Of a stretch of DNA of 64,000 bases, positions 11,410 to 22,630 are shown in pieces. The DNA comes from Sulfurimonadaceae bacterium. GTDB lineage: Bacteria; Campylobacterota; Campylobacteria; Campylobacterales; Sulfurimonadaceae. The number at the start of each line of letters is the position of its first letter. Position 1 is the first letter of the stretch. A model generated the notes under the pieces. That model was not told the origin of the DNA, did no database searches, and was given only the letters and a program-made list of their open reading frames with translations. The DNA is taken from NCBI GenBank assembly GCA_041571435.1, contig JBFFUI010000002.1, positions 76,266 through 140,265 on the forward strand, written 5' to 3'. A program made the position numbers and the translations under genes.

Positions 11410-11559
11410 TTATTACCCTTTGTATTTAGATATTTGTGACAATATCACTTCATTATGTTACTGATTATAGCGCCTTCGGATTTAACTATTCTTAAAAGTT
11501 ATACAAATTTTATCGATATACACGATATTGTTGATTTTTACGTTAAAAAGTGAACCCAA

Positions 11560-12723
11560 TTACCCCTGCTCGACAATGTTTTTCGCAACAGCTACGGCCG
11601 AACTAAAGGCCCACTGGAAGTTGTACCCACCCAGTTCACCGGTGACATCAAGTACTTCACCGGCGAAATAGAGCCCTTCTGTCAGGTTGCTCTCCAGACT
11701 CCAGCTGTTGATGTCTTCTGTTCTGACACCGCCTTTGCAGACCTCTGCTTTGCTGAAACCGTAGCTGCCTGCCGGCGCGAAGGTGTAGTGGTGCAGCGCC
11801 TTTGCCAGCATCTCCAACTCTTCATCTTTATAGGTGATGCAGGGTCTGTCCTTGACCCCAAGTTCACCTAAAAGTCCCTGCATAAACCGCTTGGGCAGCG
11901 GCAGTGCCGTAGAGAGCAGTTTGCGGTTATTGTGCATGAGCGCAGGCAACTCTTCCCCCGGCAGAAAATTGATCGTGATTTCGCCACGTTCCCAATAGAG
12001 CGATGCACTGAGTATGACCGGGCCGCTCAGACCGCGATGTGTCATCAGCATATCTTCACTCAATACCTTCTCTGCTACATGGACTTCAGCCGGGAAACTG
12101 ATGCCGCTGAGCTCTTTCATCCAGAACTCTTTTGCCTGCAGGGTCAGACCCGCCAACGCAGGTGCATAAGGTTTGACACTATGTCCAAAACTGCGGGCAA
12201 GCTCAAGACCGATCGCACTCGCACCCAGCGATGCAAAACTTTTTGCACCTGTTGCGATGACCGCCTTTTTTGCCTTGTAGTGTCCCCGGTCCGTTGTAAG
12301 TTCAAAGCAGTCTGACTTTGTCAATGCGATGATCTTTGTGTTGAGCAGATACTTTGTCTTCCGGCTTGCCGTGGCTAAAATGTCGATAATCTCATCGGAA
12401 CTTTCGGCGCAGAAATAGTACTGCTCTTTTCTTATGACCGGTTGCAGGCCTCTCTGCTGCAGCCACAAAAGCAGATCCTCTTTGGAAAACTGTGAAAAAA
12501 CAGATTCGATCAGCTGTTCGTCCCCAAGATAGTTGTTGGCACTGACATTGACGTTCGTGATATTGCACTTGCCGCCGCCGGAGATCTTCAGTTTTTTAGC
12601 TGCTTTTTCATTGCCTTCTACAACCAGTACCGAGAATTCGCTCGATTCATTAAGCTGTGCGGCACACATCATCCCGCTAGCACCAGCACCCAGAATCATC
12701 ACATCATATATTTTTTCTGACAC
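11560..12723 (-). CDS. HI0933/BaiN family flavoprotein
   Basis: GAGASG, KLKISGGGKCNITN, GELGGYNFQWAFSS motifs. Confidence 0.92.
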   Translation of the reverse strand: MSEKIYDVMILGAGASGMMCAAQLNESSEFSVLVVEGNEKAAKKLKISGGGKCNITNVNVSANNYLGDEQLIESVFSQFSKEDLLLWLQQRGLQPVIRKEQYYFCAESSDEIIDILATASRKTKYLLNTKIIALTKSDCFELTTDRGHYKAKKAVIATGAKSFASLGASAIGLELARSFGHSVKPYAPALAGLTLQAKEFWMKELSGISFPAEVHVAEKVLSEDMLMTHRGLSGPVILSASLYWERGEITINFLPGEELPALMHNNRKLLSTALPLPKRFMQGLLGELGVKDRPCITYKDEELEMLAKALHHYTFAPAGSYGFSKAEVCKGGVRTEDINSWSLESNLTEGLYFAGEVLDVTGELGGYNFQWAFSSAVAVAKNIVEQG

Positions 12724-12905
12724 ACATACCCCATCGCTTTAGTGCTGCTATTTTAACTAAAAGTGCGGAAGATTGTAAGTGAATGGATCCGGCATCCATA
12801 AGAGCACACCCCTTTTTTAAAATCCGTATGGCACGTCAGCGACCCATAATCTATGTTATAATTCGCGTATTAAAAAGGGGCAAAAAAATGCCCTCAAGGA
12901 CATAA

Positions 12906-14225
12906 ATGAGTAACAAACTACACATCGTCTCGCTTGGATGTAACAAAAACCTTGTTGACACAGAGGTGATGCTCGGACGGTTAAAAGCGTATGAGATGAC
13001 GGATAATGCTACTGAAGCTGACGTTATCATCGTCAACACCTGCGGCTTTATCGATGCGGCCAAAGAGGAGTCTATCAACACCATGTTAACCCTCGATGCG
13101 GGTCGCAAAGAGGACTCTGTTCTGGTGATGGCAGGCTGTATGAGCGAACGTTACAGTGAAGAGCTCTCCAAAGAGCTGACAGAGGTCGATATCTTTACCG
13201 GTGTCGGCGACTATGCCAACATCGACAAACTACTGGCTGAACGCGAAAGCCGATTCAGCGATGCCGTTTACCTCATCGACGGTGAAGAGCGTGTAGTCAC
13301 GGGCTCAACCTATCATGCCTACATCAAAATCTCGGAAGGGTGCAACCAGAGCTGTTCGTTTTGTGCAATTCCCTCATTTAAAGGCAAGCTGAATTCGCGC
13401 AACCTTGACAGTATTGCCAATGAGGTCGAACGTCTGGTCGCGCAGGGTTATTACGACTTCAGCTTTATCTCTCAGGACTCAAGCTCGTTTCTGCGTGATC
13501 AAAATATAAAAGACGGTCTTATCCATCTGATAAAACGTATTGAACTGATCGATGGGGTCAAGAGTGCCCGTATTTTGTACCTCTACCCCAGCACGACCAG
13601 CATGAAACTGCTCCAGGAGATCGCAAAATCAAAACTATTCCATAACTATTTCGACATGCCGATTCAGCACATCAACGACGATATGCTTCGCATGATGAAG
13701 CGCGGTTTTGGCAAAGAGAAGACGCTTGAACAGCTCAACTACATGCGTTCTTTGCCAGACTCCTTTGTCCGGACCACCTTTATCGTCGGTCATCCCGGGG
13801 AAACAGAGGCGATGTTCGACGAGCTCTGCGACTTCGTCAAAGCGTTCGGCTTTGACCGTGCAAACGTCTTTGGCTACTCTGATGAAGAGGGGACATCTGC
13901 CTACGAGGCAGATGAGAAACTGCCTCAGGAAATTATCGACGAACGGGCAGATATCCTGGGGGCGATCTGCGCTGAAGCCGAGATGGCATCCTTGCAAGCC
14001 GAGATCGGAAAAGAGATCGAGCTGATCATCGACGGCGAAAGTGACGAACACGAGTTCCTTCTCTCTGCCCGCAAGACCATCTGGGCACCGGAGATCGACG
14101 GCGAGATCTATATCAATGACAAGAGCATTGATGAAGAGCTGGAGTTTGGCCACATCTACAGAGCGAAAGTGACAGGCATCGTCGGTACGACATTGACAGC
14201 CACTGTCATCGGGCATGCTGAATAA
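12906..14225 (+). CDS. rimO: Ribosomal protein S12 methylthiotransferase RimO
   Basis: SLGCNKNLVD, NTCGFI, CNQSCSFC radical SAM motif, APEIDG. Confidence 0.95.
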   Translation: MSNKLHIVSLGCNKNLVDTEVMLGRLKAYEMTDNATEADVIIVNTCGFIDAAKEESINTMLTLDAGRKEDSVLVMAGCMSERYSEELSKELTEVDIFTGVGDYANIDKLLAERESRFSDAVYLIDGEERVVTGSTYHAYIKISEGCNQSCSFCAIPSFKGKLNSRNLDSIANEVERLVAQGYYDFSFISQDSSSFLRDQNIKDGLIHLIKRIELIDGVKSARILYLYPSTTSMKLLQEIAKSKLFHNYFDMPIQHINDDMLRMMKRGFGKEKTLEQLNYMRSLPDSFVRTTFIVGHPGETEAMFDELCDFVKAFGFDRANVFGYSDEEGTSAYEADEKLPQEIIDERADILGAICAEAEMASLQAEIGKEIELIIDGESDEHEFLLSARKTIWAPEIDGEIYINDKSIDEELEFGHIYRAKVTGIVGTTLTATVIGHAE

Positions 14226-15228
14226 CAACACCCTCCCCATTCTACAAGAAGGTAAAAACCTTCTTGCCTTCTCAGGCGGTGTAGACTCCTCTGCCCTCTT
14301 TTTTCTACTGCAGCAGGCCGGAATTGATTTTGATCTTGCGATTGTGGATTATCAGATGCGCGACCAGTCTGTTCAGGAGGTGGCCTATGCACACGCTCTC
14401 GCTACAGAGTTTCATAAAGAGTGCTACACCTTAGAGACCCTGCTCTCTGAGCAGAACTTCGAAGCGACTGCCCGCAATGTTCGCTATGATTTTTTTGAAT
14501 CGCTCATTGGTGAGCATGGTTATACCAACCTTATCACCGCCCACCAGCTCGATGATCGTCTGGAGTGGCTGCTGATGCAGTTGGGCAAAGGGGCAGGTCT
14601 TTATGAGCTGCTGGGTATGTCTGTCATCGAGAAGCGCAAAAACTACCGTTTAGTACGCCCTCTGCTTGAAACGACCAGAGAGCAGATCAATAACTACCTC
14701 AAAGACAACTGCATCCGATATTTTGAGGATGAGAGCAACAGCGATGAAAAGTACAAACGCAATTTTTTCCGTCACAACCTTGCCACACCGCTGCTTGAGA
14801 AATACGCCAAAGGGATCAAAAAAAGTTTCAGATACCTCGATGAAGACCTGACCGAACGCATAGAACAGGAGATCGATGTACAACGTGTTCAACAGCTTTA
14901 CTATTTTGAACGTCCCGTTTCACGACGCAGCTCTGTCATTGCTGTTGACCGCCTTTTAAAAGCACTGGGATTCCTGATGCGTCAAGGGGACAAAGAGATG
15001 CTGAAAACAGCTGACGAGCATGTCGTCGGACGCCAATATGTTGTCAGTTTCCATCCGAACTACTGTTTTGTAGCACCCTACCTGGCAGACGAAATGCCAA
15101 AAGCATTCAGAGAGAAGTGTCGTCTTCTAAATGTACCCAAAAAACTTAGGCCCTATCTCTATACCAATACAGAGGCCTTTGAATGCGTCGAGTCACTGCT
15201 AAACGACTCTAAACCTTGTAAATGCTGA
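14215..15228 (+). CDS. tilS: tRNA(Ile)-lysidine synthase
   Basis: PP-loop SGGVDS, ARNVRY, TAHQLDD, RPLL, DESN. Confidence 0.93.
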   Translation: MLNNNTLPILQEGKNLLAFSGGVDSSALFFLLQQAGIDFDLAIVDYQMRDQSVQEVAYAHALATEFHKECYTLETLLSEQNFEATARNVRYDFFESLIGEHGYTNLITAHQLDDRLEWLLMQLGKGAGLYELLGMSVIEKRKNYRLVRPLLETTREQINNYLKDNCIRYFEDESNSDEKYKRNFFRHNLATPLLEKYAKGIKKSFRYLDEDLTERIEQEIDVQRVQQLYYFERPVSRRSSVIAVDRLLKALGFLMRQGDKEMLKTADEHVVGRQYVVSFHPNYCFVAPYLADEMPKAFREKCRLLNVPKKLRPYLYTNTEAFECVESLLNDSKPCKC

Positions 15229-15263
15229 TGAGTCTTTTCAGTCGATTTCATCCATAGTCGTTT

Positions 15264-15770
15264 TTACTTAACGGTTCGCACCTTCAACTTAAAATGGGTA
15301 TCGATCCCATTTTCTACCCCTTTAAATAGGAGGGTACCGTCAACCTCCGCCACCCATTCAAACAGATTTAATGCATCGATAAAACGATAATAGTCTGTCG
15401 GTGTTGCAATCGTTGCACGGACTGCTATCATCTCCATCTGGTAAGGCCCGCTCTTTTCACTGATAACGCTGCGAAGGGAAAACGATGCAAAGTACTGCTT
15501 TAAGTAGCTTTCGAATTGATCCACGTCAAAATGTCTATGGAGCGCCATATCGATGTTTTTTTCTCGCTCCTGCAGGTTTTGCAGTTGTGCATAATACTTC
15601 TCAAACTCTTTTTCGGCACTCTCAAGGTCGGCACTGTCTTGCATCAGATCTATGTTGAGTGCACGGTAAGCTTTGATCTTGGGCGTAAAGACATAAAATC
15701 CGAAGACGACAATTACACTCGAAAGTACAAAAAGCAGAATTATGGAGCCGAATGAAGCGAATTTACTCAT
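15264..15770 (-). CDS. PilO-like membrane protein (start adjusted to ATG 15770)
   Basis: N-terminal TM helix, coiled coil, C-terminal alpha/beta domain; third gene of a pilM/N/O-like trio. Confidence 0.55.
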   Translation of the reverse strand: MSKFASFGSIILLFVLSSVIVVFGFYVFTPKIKAYRALNIDLMQDSADLESAEKEFEKYYAQLQNLQEREKNIDMALHRHFDVDQFESYLKQYFASFSLRSVISEKSGPYQMEMIAVRATIATPTDYYRFIDALNLFEWVAEVDGTLLFKGVENGIDTHFKLKVRTVK

Positions 15771-16275
15771 TTTCTGCCTCCATAACCGAGATGTTGTTAA
15801 AGCCGTAGCGACCATCTTCCAATACTGTAAACTGTGTTGAACTTCGGGCGAAGAGAGATGCCAGGGAGCGTTGCAAGGTGTTGTTGAAATGTTCTTCACT
15901 GACAGTCGTCCCTTTCAGGCGTAGCGTGTTCTCCCGGAATTCGGCAAGTTCCAGCACCACGCCATCAGGAACAAGGTCAAAGAAGTTCTTGACATTCTCT
16001 TTGTTGAGTCTGTTTTTAGTACTGATCTCCTCACGGAGTTTTTCAAGTTTCTGCAGTCGTTGTATTTCGGAAAGAACACGCTGCTGCTCGTTTTTGACCG
16101 TCTGCGTCTTGTTTGTCACCTCTGCCAGCGCTTGTTCATAGGATGCAATAGCACTGTTTAAAAAGAGTGCGCTTGCAGACATAATAATAACAAGAACAGC
16201 AAATGTGGACAGTAGCCATGTCAGCTCTGCTCCAAGGACTTTTTTCTGTCGTGGCGGTATGAAGCTATGTCTCAT
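15763..16275 (-). CDS. PilN-like protein
   Basis: N-terminal SFIP motif, TM helix, coiled coil, VPDGVVL...LRLKG PilN-like core. Confidence 0.7.
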   Translation of the reverse strand: MRHSFIPPRQKKVLGAELTWLLSTFAVLVIIMSASALFLNSAIASYEQALAEVTNKTQTVKNEQQRVLSEIQRLQKLEKLREEISTKNRLNKENVKNFFDLVPDGVVLELAEFRENTLRLKGTTVSEEHFNNTLQRSLASLFARSSTQFTVLEDGRYGFNNISVMEAENE

Positions 16276-17051
16276 GCAAGCTCCTTTTCGCTTAACAGAA
16301 CAAGTTGGTGCGCAAGATCGATATGCTGTCTTTCGACCTCGACAAACAGTGCCTCTTCAAGACGGTTCTCCAGCTCGGTATCGAAGTTTGCTCCATCAGC
16401 CATAAAGACCTTCTCAATAAACATCGTCTCGTCCACTTTGGCATCGTAAAAGGCTTTGACTGCCGCTTGTATCTTCTCGACGTAGACATCCACCACCTTT
16501 GTTTCATCGACCAGTGAGAGCGCCTCATGCATCTGTATCTGTTCACCATAGATCATAACACTCTCTTTAAAAACAGCACTGACGATAAGATCACCGGTAA
16601 TCAGCAGGAAAAGGCCGTCACGCTCTTTCAGTACCTGTTCGAAAAAGTCATACAACAGTGAGAAGGGAGAGAAGATAAAGTCCAGACCGATTGTCTTGAA
16701 CTGTTTTTGTCGTTCAAAGAGGTCATCTTTGTCCATATAGAGACCCCAACGCTCGTCCATGCAGATTTGGTCGACACTGCTCAGCTCTACTCCCTGCGCA
16801 TCTCTGCAGTTCGACAAAAGGCCCTGGGCCGCTTCTGTCTCCAACAGCGCAACATAGTTCAGGCCACACTCTTTTTCAAACGTTCTGATTCTCTTTTCCA
16901 ACGCCGAGAGCTCTGCAATATTCTCTTCATCAAACCGTTTTTTCAGTTTCCCTTTTTTACGCAGCTCGGCATATAGACGGACACCTTCAGACGACGGGAG
17001 CAGCGTGATAAACAGTGTTGGCAAAAAAGCTTCAAGAAATTTCATCATCAT
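16272..17051 (-). CDS. Cytoplasmic protein, probable PilM-like
   Basis: No TM segment; GLDFIFSPF; directly upstream of and overlapping the PilN-like gene. Confidence 0.5.
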   Translation of the reverse strand: MMMKFLEAFLPTLFITLLPSSEGVRLYAELRKKGKLKKRFDEENIAELSALEKRIRTFEKECGLNYVALLETEAAQGLLSNCRDAQGVELSSVDQICMDERWGLYMDKDDLFERQKQFKTIGLDFIFSPFSLLYDFFEQVLKERDGLFLLITGDLIVSAVFKESVMIYGEQIQMHEALSLVDETKVVDVYVEKIQAAVKAFYDAKVDETMFIEKVFMADGANFDTELENRLEEALFVEVERQHIDLAHQLVLLSEKELA

Positions 17052-17883
17052 CCTGACATAAAGGGTGTGCTTTTAGATAGTTTTGCAGCTTAACACTGCT
17101 GCCCAACTTCGTGTAGATCTGTGTTGTAGACATCGAAGCGTGCCCTAAAAGTTCACTGACGTCTGCAATCCGTGCGCTGTTGTTTAAAAGTGCCGTTGCA
17201 TACGAGTGGCGCAATTGATGCGGCGTCACTTTCAGACCGACGCGCTTGAAACACTTAGTCACCAGATATCTTAGACTATTTTCACTTAAGCGTTCCCCCT
17301 CTAATTCAAAGAGAAATGTCTGCGGTCTTGTCTCTTTCAGGTGCTTTTTGACAAGGGTGTACGTCGATGCCAGCATCGGTACATCCCGACTTTTCTGTCC
17401 CTTACCCATCACACGGACCCATTCGCCGGAGATGTCGTTCAATGATAAAGATGAGAGCTCTGAGATACGAAGGCCAAGCGTATAGAGCAGCGTGACGACG
17501 ACCTGTTCTTTCAACGGCGCATGGGCAAGCGCCTCTTTAATATGCGCATCGCTGATCGGTTTGGGAAGTGATGCAGGCACCTTGATGCTCTCGTCCGCCT
17601 TGAGTGAGACTTTTTCGCCCTGTTCGTCCAGGTAGGCACAGAAACTGCGCATGGCTGAGATCTTTTTAGCGATGGTCGTCGGTTTCAGATGGGCGATGTG
17701 CAGACGGTAGGGCATGAGGTTGAGCGTCGTATGCCCATTCTCTTCTTCAAGCTCCAAAAAAGAGAAGGCCTCTTTCAGTGCTTCGTCATAACTTTTAAGT
17801 GTTAGATCGGAGTAGCCTCTGAACTTTTCCAGATAGCGTAAAAACGCCTTTCGGTAATCGTCCAGACTCTTTTTCATGATCAA
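17032..17883 (-). CDS. Tyrosine recombinase, XerC/XerD-like
   Basis: GLRISE, GKGQKSR, HQLRH, LGHAS, TQIY catalytic residues intact; N-terminal SAM-like domain. Confidence 0.9.
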   Translation of the reverse strand: MIMKKSLDDYRKAFLRYLEKFRGYSDLTLKSYDEALKEAFSFLELEEENGHTTLNLMPYRLHIAHLKPTTIAKKISAMRSFCAYLDEQGEKVSLKADESIKVPASLPKPISDAHIKEALAHAPLKEQVVVTLLYTLGLRISELSSLSLNDISGEWVRVMGKGQKSRDVPMLASTYTLVKKHLKETRPQTFLFELEGERLSENSLRYLVTKCFKRVGLKVTPHQLRHSYATALLNNSARIADVSELLGHASMSTTQIYTKLGSSVKLQNYLKAHPLCQDDDEIS

Positions 17884-18503
17884 TAATCGTGAAGCAGCAT
17901 CTGCTCTTTGATCAACGCTCTTGCTTCGTCTCGCTCCATTCCTGTTATGTCAATGGGCTCCGAAGCGTAAAGGTCGACCTGTGTAAACGGTTTTGGAATC
18001 GTAAACCTGTCCCAGCTGTTAAGCTGCCAGTACTCTTTCGGGACACAAGAGAGCACCACGATCTTGCTGTTGGTCTTTTGTGCCATGACGATGATGCCGT
18101 CTGCGACTTCATGTCGGGGTCCTTTCGGGCCGTCAGGCGTAATCCCGACGTCACCGCCGCTTTTAAGTACCTTCATCGCAGCTATCAGTACCTTTGCACC
18201 GCTTCGGGTACTGGAACCATGGATACTTTTGAGCTTCAGGAAACTGTTGGTCTTTGCAATGATCTTGCCGTCAAAATGCTCGCTGATCACAACACTGACG
18301 TCAGGCTTTTCACGCAGTTTGAAATAGATAAAGGGAATGAAGAAAAGGTCACCGTGCCAAAATGCCGCTATGATAGGCTCTTCAGGAACACTCTTGGGAA
18401 GATGAAAGACCTTTTTACTGCTGATGTAAAAAAGACGGATCAGGAGTGCGGCAACAGGCGGTATCGCAAAGAGAGCCAGTGCACGCAGCAGACGTTTACG
18501 CAA
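17880..18503 (-). CDS. lpxJ: DUF374 lipid A late acyltransferase (LpxJ-like)
   Basis: [32 protein letters not shown]; downstream of miaB as in Helicobacter. Confidence 0.8.
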   Translation of the reverse strand: MRKRLLRALALFAIPPVAALLIRLFYISSKKVFHLPKSVPEEPIIAAFWHGDLFFIPFIYFKLREKPDVSVVISEHFDGKIIAKTNSFLKLKSIHGSSTRSGAKVLIAAMKVLKSGGDVGITPDGPKGPRHEVADGIIVMAQKTNSKIVVLSCVPKEYWQLNSWDRFTIPKPFTQVDLYASEPIDITGMERDEARALIKEQMLLHDY

Positions 18504-19797
18504 GAAGCTCTCCGGTGAGGCTCATCCTTGCAGAAGAAGTTATCCTGACATTTCGTGTCTGGCCCAGAAGCTCTTCGGAGCCTTTTACCTTGACCAGAAA
18601 GTTATTGCTGCTTCTACCGGCGACATACCCTTCGGAGCGGAGCTCTTCAAAATAGACCTCATGTACTTTACCTACCTGATCGAGCATCACTTTGTCGACA
18701 ACCGTGTCCTGCAATGCCTGCAGTCTGTGCAGACGCTCTGAAGCCACTTCACTGTCAACAGCGTTTGTATATTCCGCCGCTTCGGTCAAAGGACGTGGCG
18801 AATACTTAAAGCTAAACATCTGCTCAAACTGCACCGCTTCAGCCACATTCATCGTATCTTCGAAGTCCGCATCAGTCTCGCCCGGAAAACCGACGATGAT
18901 GTCTGTGCTGATACTGACATCCGGGGCCATCTCACGGAGTTTGGCCACACGATTTAGAAACCACTCCTGGCTATAACCGCGCTTCATCGCTTTCAATATC
19001 TCTGTCGAGCCGCTCTGCAGCGGTACATGCATCGACTTGCAGATCTTAGGATTGCGTGCGAACTCTTCGATAAACTCGTCATCCATATGCAACGGGTGAG
19101 GTGAGGTAAATCGGATACGCTCCAGTCCCTCTACGGCACTGACAAGACGCAGCAGTTCGGTAAAGTTGATCTTCGCGTGTTCACCCGAAAAACGGCGCCC
19201 GTAATTGTTGACGTTCTGCCCCAGCAAAAAGACCTCTTTAGCGCCTGTTTCCACGGCCTTTTGCACCTCTTTTACGATCAGGTCCGCCGGGATGGATATC
19301 TCGTCACCGCGTGTTTTCGGGACGATGCAGAAGGTACAGCTCTTGTCACAACCGATCGAGATGTTGATAAAGGCTTTAAACGGAGACGAACGAAAATCTT
19401 TAAACGCAAAATCGGACTCATCATAGTTGATGTCAATCTCAACCGATTTGTCTTTCTCGACGACCTGGCCGATCTTGGAGACATTACGTGCGCCAAGTAC
19501 AAAGTTGACATACGGTGCGCGTTTGATGATATCTTTACCGAGATGTGATGCCGTACAACCGGCAACACCGATCTTGGCACCCTCTTTTTTGTTTTTGTTG
19601 AAAACACCGAGTTCTGAGAAGAGTTTGTGGACCGGGCGTTCACGTACCGAACAAGTGTTGATGATAATGAGATCTGCTTCTTCAGCGTTCTCGGTGAGCT
19701 CATAAGGCTCTTTCGCATTGAGCTCGGCGATCATGTGTTCGCTGTCTCGAACATTCATCTGACAGCCAAGGGTCTCGATAAACAGTTTTTTAGACAT
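18496..19797 (-). CDS. miaB: tRNA-2-methylthio-N6-dimethylallyladenosine synthase
   Basis: [41 protein letters not shown]. Confidence 0.96.
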   Translation of the reverse strand: MSKKLFIETLGCQMNVRDSEHMIAELNAKEPYELTENAEEADLIIINTCSVRERPVHKLFSELGVFNKNKKEGAKIGVAGCTASHLGKDIIKRAPYVNFVLGARNVSKIGQVVEKDKSVEIDINYDESDFAFKDFRSSPFKAFINISIGCDKSCTFCIVPKTRGDEISIPADLIVKEVQKAVETGAKEVFLLGQNVNNYGRRFSGEHAKINFTELLRLVSAVEGLERIRFTSPHPLHMDDEFIEEFARNPKICKSMHVPLQSGSTEILKAMKRGYSQEWFLNRVAKLREMAPDVSISTDIIVGFPGETDADFEDTMNVAEAVQFEQMFSFKYSPRPLTEAAEYTNAVDSEVASERLHRLQALQDTVVDKVMLDQVGKVHEVYFEELRSEGYVAGRSSNNFLVKVKGSEELLGQTRNVRITSSARMSLTGELLA

Positions 19798-19812
19798 TAA
19801 TCCAATGACACC

Positions 19813-20055
19813 TTATAAGATGTGTACTTCGTACATATATTCATTGTCTGCAAGACCGTAACGCACTTCACGCATGTAAAAGCTTTTACCCTCATTTTCA
19901 AAATGGTCTTGAAGTGAGAGAAGATCCTTGTGAGAGTTGTCACGATCAAAGTAGAGTATTACCGTCCCTTCTTTTTTGACCATATCTTCAATCTTATTAA
20001 CATCTATCTTCTTTGGTTTTGACTTAGCGTCAGTACGGGCGATTTTCAGCTCCAT
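19813..20055 (-). CDS. HP0268 family small nuclease
   Basis: MELKIAR...YFDRDNSHKD...YMYEVHIL; upstream of miaB. Confidence 0.85.
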   Translation of the reverse strand: MELKIARTDAKSKPKKIDVNKIEDMVKKEGTVILYFDRDNSHKDLLSLQDHFENEGKSFYMREVRYGLADNEYMYEVHIL

Positions 20056-20380
20056 TACAGTCCTTTATGCAGTTTGTATTATTATCTGCATTATAACGAC
20101 CCGAGGGTTAATTTTCGCATAAAAAGAACAGCCACGTTTTGATGATCGCCAAATATTTACATATTTTCCCTGTTTTAGGGCACTTCAACCGATAAACACT
20201 CTTGGCACATTTTTGAAAACCTGCAATATTTTTTGGCCTTCACAAACGCATATTGGTACCATTTTCATCTGCCGTTAATCAGAGTAAAATCAATTTATGC
20301 TATAATTCTGACCTTCCTGGAAATGAATCACCAAACATCTTTTTTTGGAACGAACCAGACGAATACTAATGGAGACAATT

Positions 20381-21535
20381 ATGGAAAATGTATTAGATAT
20401 TATTGATGCACTGGCACATGAAAAAGGGTTGAGTCCCGAAAGTGTCAAGACGGCACTTAAAAACGCTTTTATCAAGACAGCACAGCGTCTGATCAATGAA
20501 GATTTCACCTACGATGCAGAGATCGATGAAGAGACAAAGACCATTCGTGTCTATCAGACCATTACGGTCGTTGCCGATGACGACGATGATCATCTCTATA
20601 CCGAAGAGGGTGATGTCAATCAGGGCTATATCTCGCTGTCACGTGCCCGTGAAGAGGTCGATCCTGATGTCGATGTCGGTGATGAATTCCAGATTGAACA
20701 CGACATCGAGAGTCATGGCCGTACCGCTGCAATGACACTTTACCGTGAGATCGAATACCACGTTCAACGTCTGGTCGAAGATGAACTCTATAACAAGTAT
20801 AAAGAGAAGATCGGCACCATAGTCAACGGTCGTGTGACCCGTGTTGATGATAATAACAACACCTACATCGAGATGGATGAAGTACGTGCTATTCTGCCGA
20901 TGAAGAGTCGTATTAAAGGCGAAGTGTTCGCTGTTGGTGATGTTGTCAAAGCTGTTGTACGTCGTGTTAACATCGACAAAATTAATGGCATCCAGATCGA
21001 ACTTTCACGTACCTCTCCTAAATTCCTTGAAGGTCTTTTGGCACTGGAGGTACCGGAGATCGCTGACGAAGTCGTATTGATCGAAAAAGCGGCCCGTATT
21101 CCGGGTGAACGTGCAAAGATCGCCCTCATTTCAACACATCCTCAAGTTGACCCGGTCGGTGCGACCGTCGGTGTCAAAGGGGTGCGCATCAACGCCGTCA
21201 GCGAAGAGCTGCTTGGCGAAAACATTGACTGTATCGAATACACGACCGTACCGGAACTGTTCATTGCCCGTGCGATGAGTCCGGCGATCATTAATTCGGT
21301 TATCATCGAAGGCGAAGCGGACAATGAAGAGAACCCGCTTAAAGCGGTCGTCACGCTGCCATCTGACCAGAAGTCAAAAGCTATCGGTAAAAGCGGTATC
21401 AATATCCGTCTGGCCTCGATGCTGACCGGCTACGCTATCGAACTTGTCGAACAAGACGGCGGCGAAAGTGCCGAAGGTGCGAAAGTCGAAGAGAAAAAAG
21501 ATGACGTCTCTTCACTTGAAGCACTTTTCGGTTAG
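20381..21535 (+). CDS. nusA: Transcription termination/antitermination factor NusA
   Basis: S1 and KH domains (ARIPGERAK, GVKGVRI, AIGKSGINIRLA); GGAG RBS before ATG 20381. Confidence 0.96.
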   Translation: MENVLDIIDALAHEKGLSPESVKTALKNAFIKTAQRLINEDFTYDAEIDEETKTIRVYQTITVVADDDDDHLYTEEGDVNQGYISLSRAREEVDPDVDVGDEFQIEHDIESHGRTAAMTLYREIEYHVQRLVEDELYNKYKEKIGTIVNGRVTRVDDNNNTYIEMDEVRAILPMKSRIKGEVFAVGDVVKAVVRRVNIDKINGIQIELSRTSPKFLEGLLALEVPEIADEVVLIEKAARIPGERAKIALISTHPQVDPVGATVGVKGVRINAVSEELLGENIDCIEYTTVPELFIARAMSPAIINSVIIEGEADNEENPLKAVVTLPSDQKSKAIGKSGINIRLASMLTGYAIELVEQDGGESAEGAKVEEKKDDVSSLEALFG

Positions 21536-21557
21536 ACCCAGGCTTCATAAACCTCTC

Positions 21558-21579
21558 CACTCCCCAGACAGGGGGAGTG
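21558..21579. terminator. Hairpin between convergent nusA and ABC permease
   Basis: CACTCCCC-agacag-GGGGAGTG inverted repeat. Confidence 0.55.
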
Positions 21580-21619
21580 ACTTAAACACCCTCTCTCTAC
21601 TCCCTCTCAACCCAAAAAG

Positions 21620-22582
21620 TTAAGACGCTCGCTTTGCATACGGATTCAGCTTTAACAGCAGCATATCTGCCATCATATTGCCCAGCAGTGTCAAGAATGC
21701 GGTAATGATCAAGATCCCCATAATGACCGGGTAATCCCTGCTCAACGCACTCAGATAGAAGAGCTGTCCCATTCCCTCGATGCTGAAGATCGTCTCCAGA
21801 ATAACACTGCCTCCGATAAGTCCCGGAAGAGAGAGACCCAGAAGAGTCACAACCGGCGGTATAAGGTTCCGCAGGATATAACGGCGAAGAAGAATGGCCT
21901 CACTCAACCCTCGCGAACGGGCAAAATAGTAGTAATCACTTTTTAATATCTCAAGTGTCAACGAGCGGATATAGACGATCATCGAACCGATACTGACAAA
22001 AACCATTACACCGATTGGCAGAACAAGGTGCCATGCCATATCCGCATAATAGGCAAAGCCCTCTTTAGCGTCGACTGAGTGCAGTCCCGCAATCGGCAGC
22101 ACTTCCAGCTCCACACTTAAAAACAGCATCAAAAGCAGTGCCAGATAAAACGACGGCATCGCGAAAGATACCAGAGAGAGCTGACGGATTGCGTGATCCA
22201 TCCACGAACCGTTTACGCGTGCTGCTTTTACCCCAAGATAGATAGAGATGACAAAGACAAAGAGCATAGAGAGGATATTGAGCAGCAGTGTTATCGGCAG
22301 CCGTTTTGCGATCTCGCTGCTCACATCGGCCCCGGTAACAAAAGAGATACCGAAATTGAGCTGGGCCAGGTTGACAACCCAGTCGATATACTGCCGGTAG
22401 AGCGGTTTGTCCAGTCCATAAACAGCCTTGAGCTGCGCAATTGCCTCTTCAGTCATATTGGGGTTGAGCTCCCCTGCCCCGAAGAAGCTGTTTGGTGCAG
22501 CATGAATAGCCAGAAAAGAGATTAGCGATATCAGTAGCAACATCAAGACGATGTATCGCAGTTTTTTTAAAACGGTCGGCAT
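21620..22582 (-). CDS. Peptide/nickel ABC transporter permease (DppB/OppB type)
   Basis: YGLDKP, EAA-like ARSRGLSE loop, ETIFSIEGMG, RDYPVIMG. Confidence 0.9.
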   Translation of the reverse strand: MPTVLKKLRYIVLMLLLISLISFLAIHAAPNSFFGAGELNPNMTEEAIAQLKAVYGLDKPLYRQYIDWVVNLAQLNFGISFVTGADVSSEIAKRLPITLLLNILSMLFVFVISIYLGVKAARVNGSWMDHAIRQLSLVSFAMPSFYLALLLMLFLSVELEVLPIAGLHSVDAKEGFAYYADMAWHLVLPIGVMVFVSIGSMIVYIRSLTLEILKSDYYYFARSRGLSEAILLRRYILRNLIPPVVTLLGLSLPGLIGGSVILETIFSIEGMGQLFYLSALSRDYPVIMGILIITAFLTLLGNMMADMLLLKLNPYAKRAS

Positions 22583-22630
22583 AGAACTCTTTTATTTTTT
22601 AATAGCAGATTATATCAAGTTGTCCGCTGA

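Noticed and set aside
20202-20218. Sigma-54 promoter upstream of nusA (TTGGCAC...TTGA)
   Set aside because: Spacing is one base short of -24/-12 and GC is absent; a TGCTATAAT sigma-70 site lies closer to the gene.
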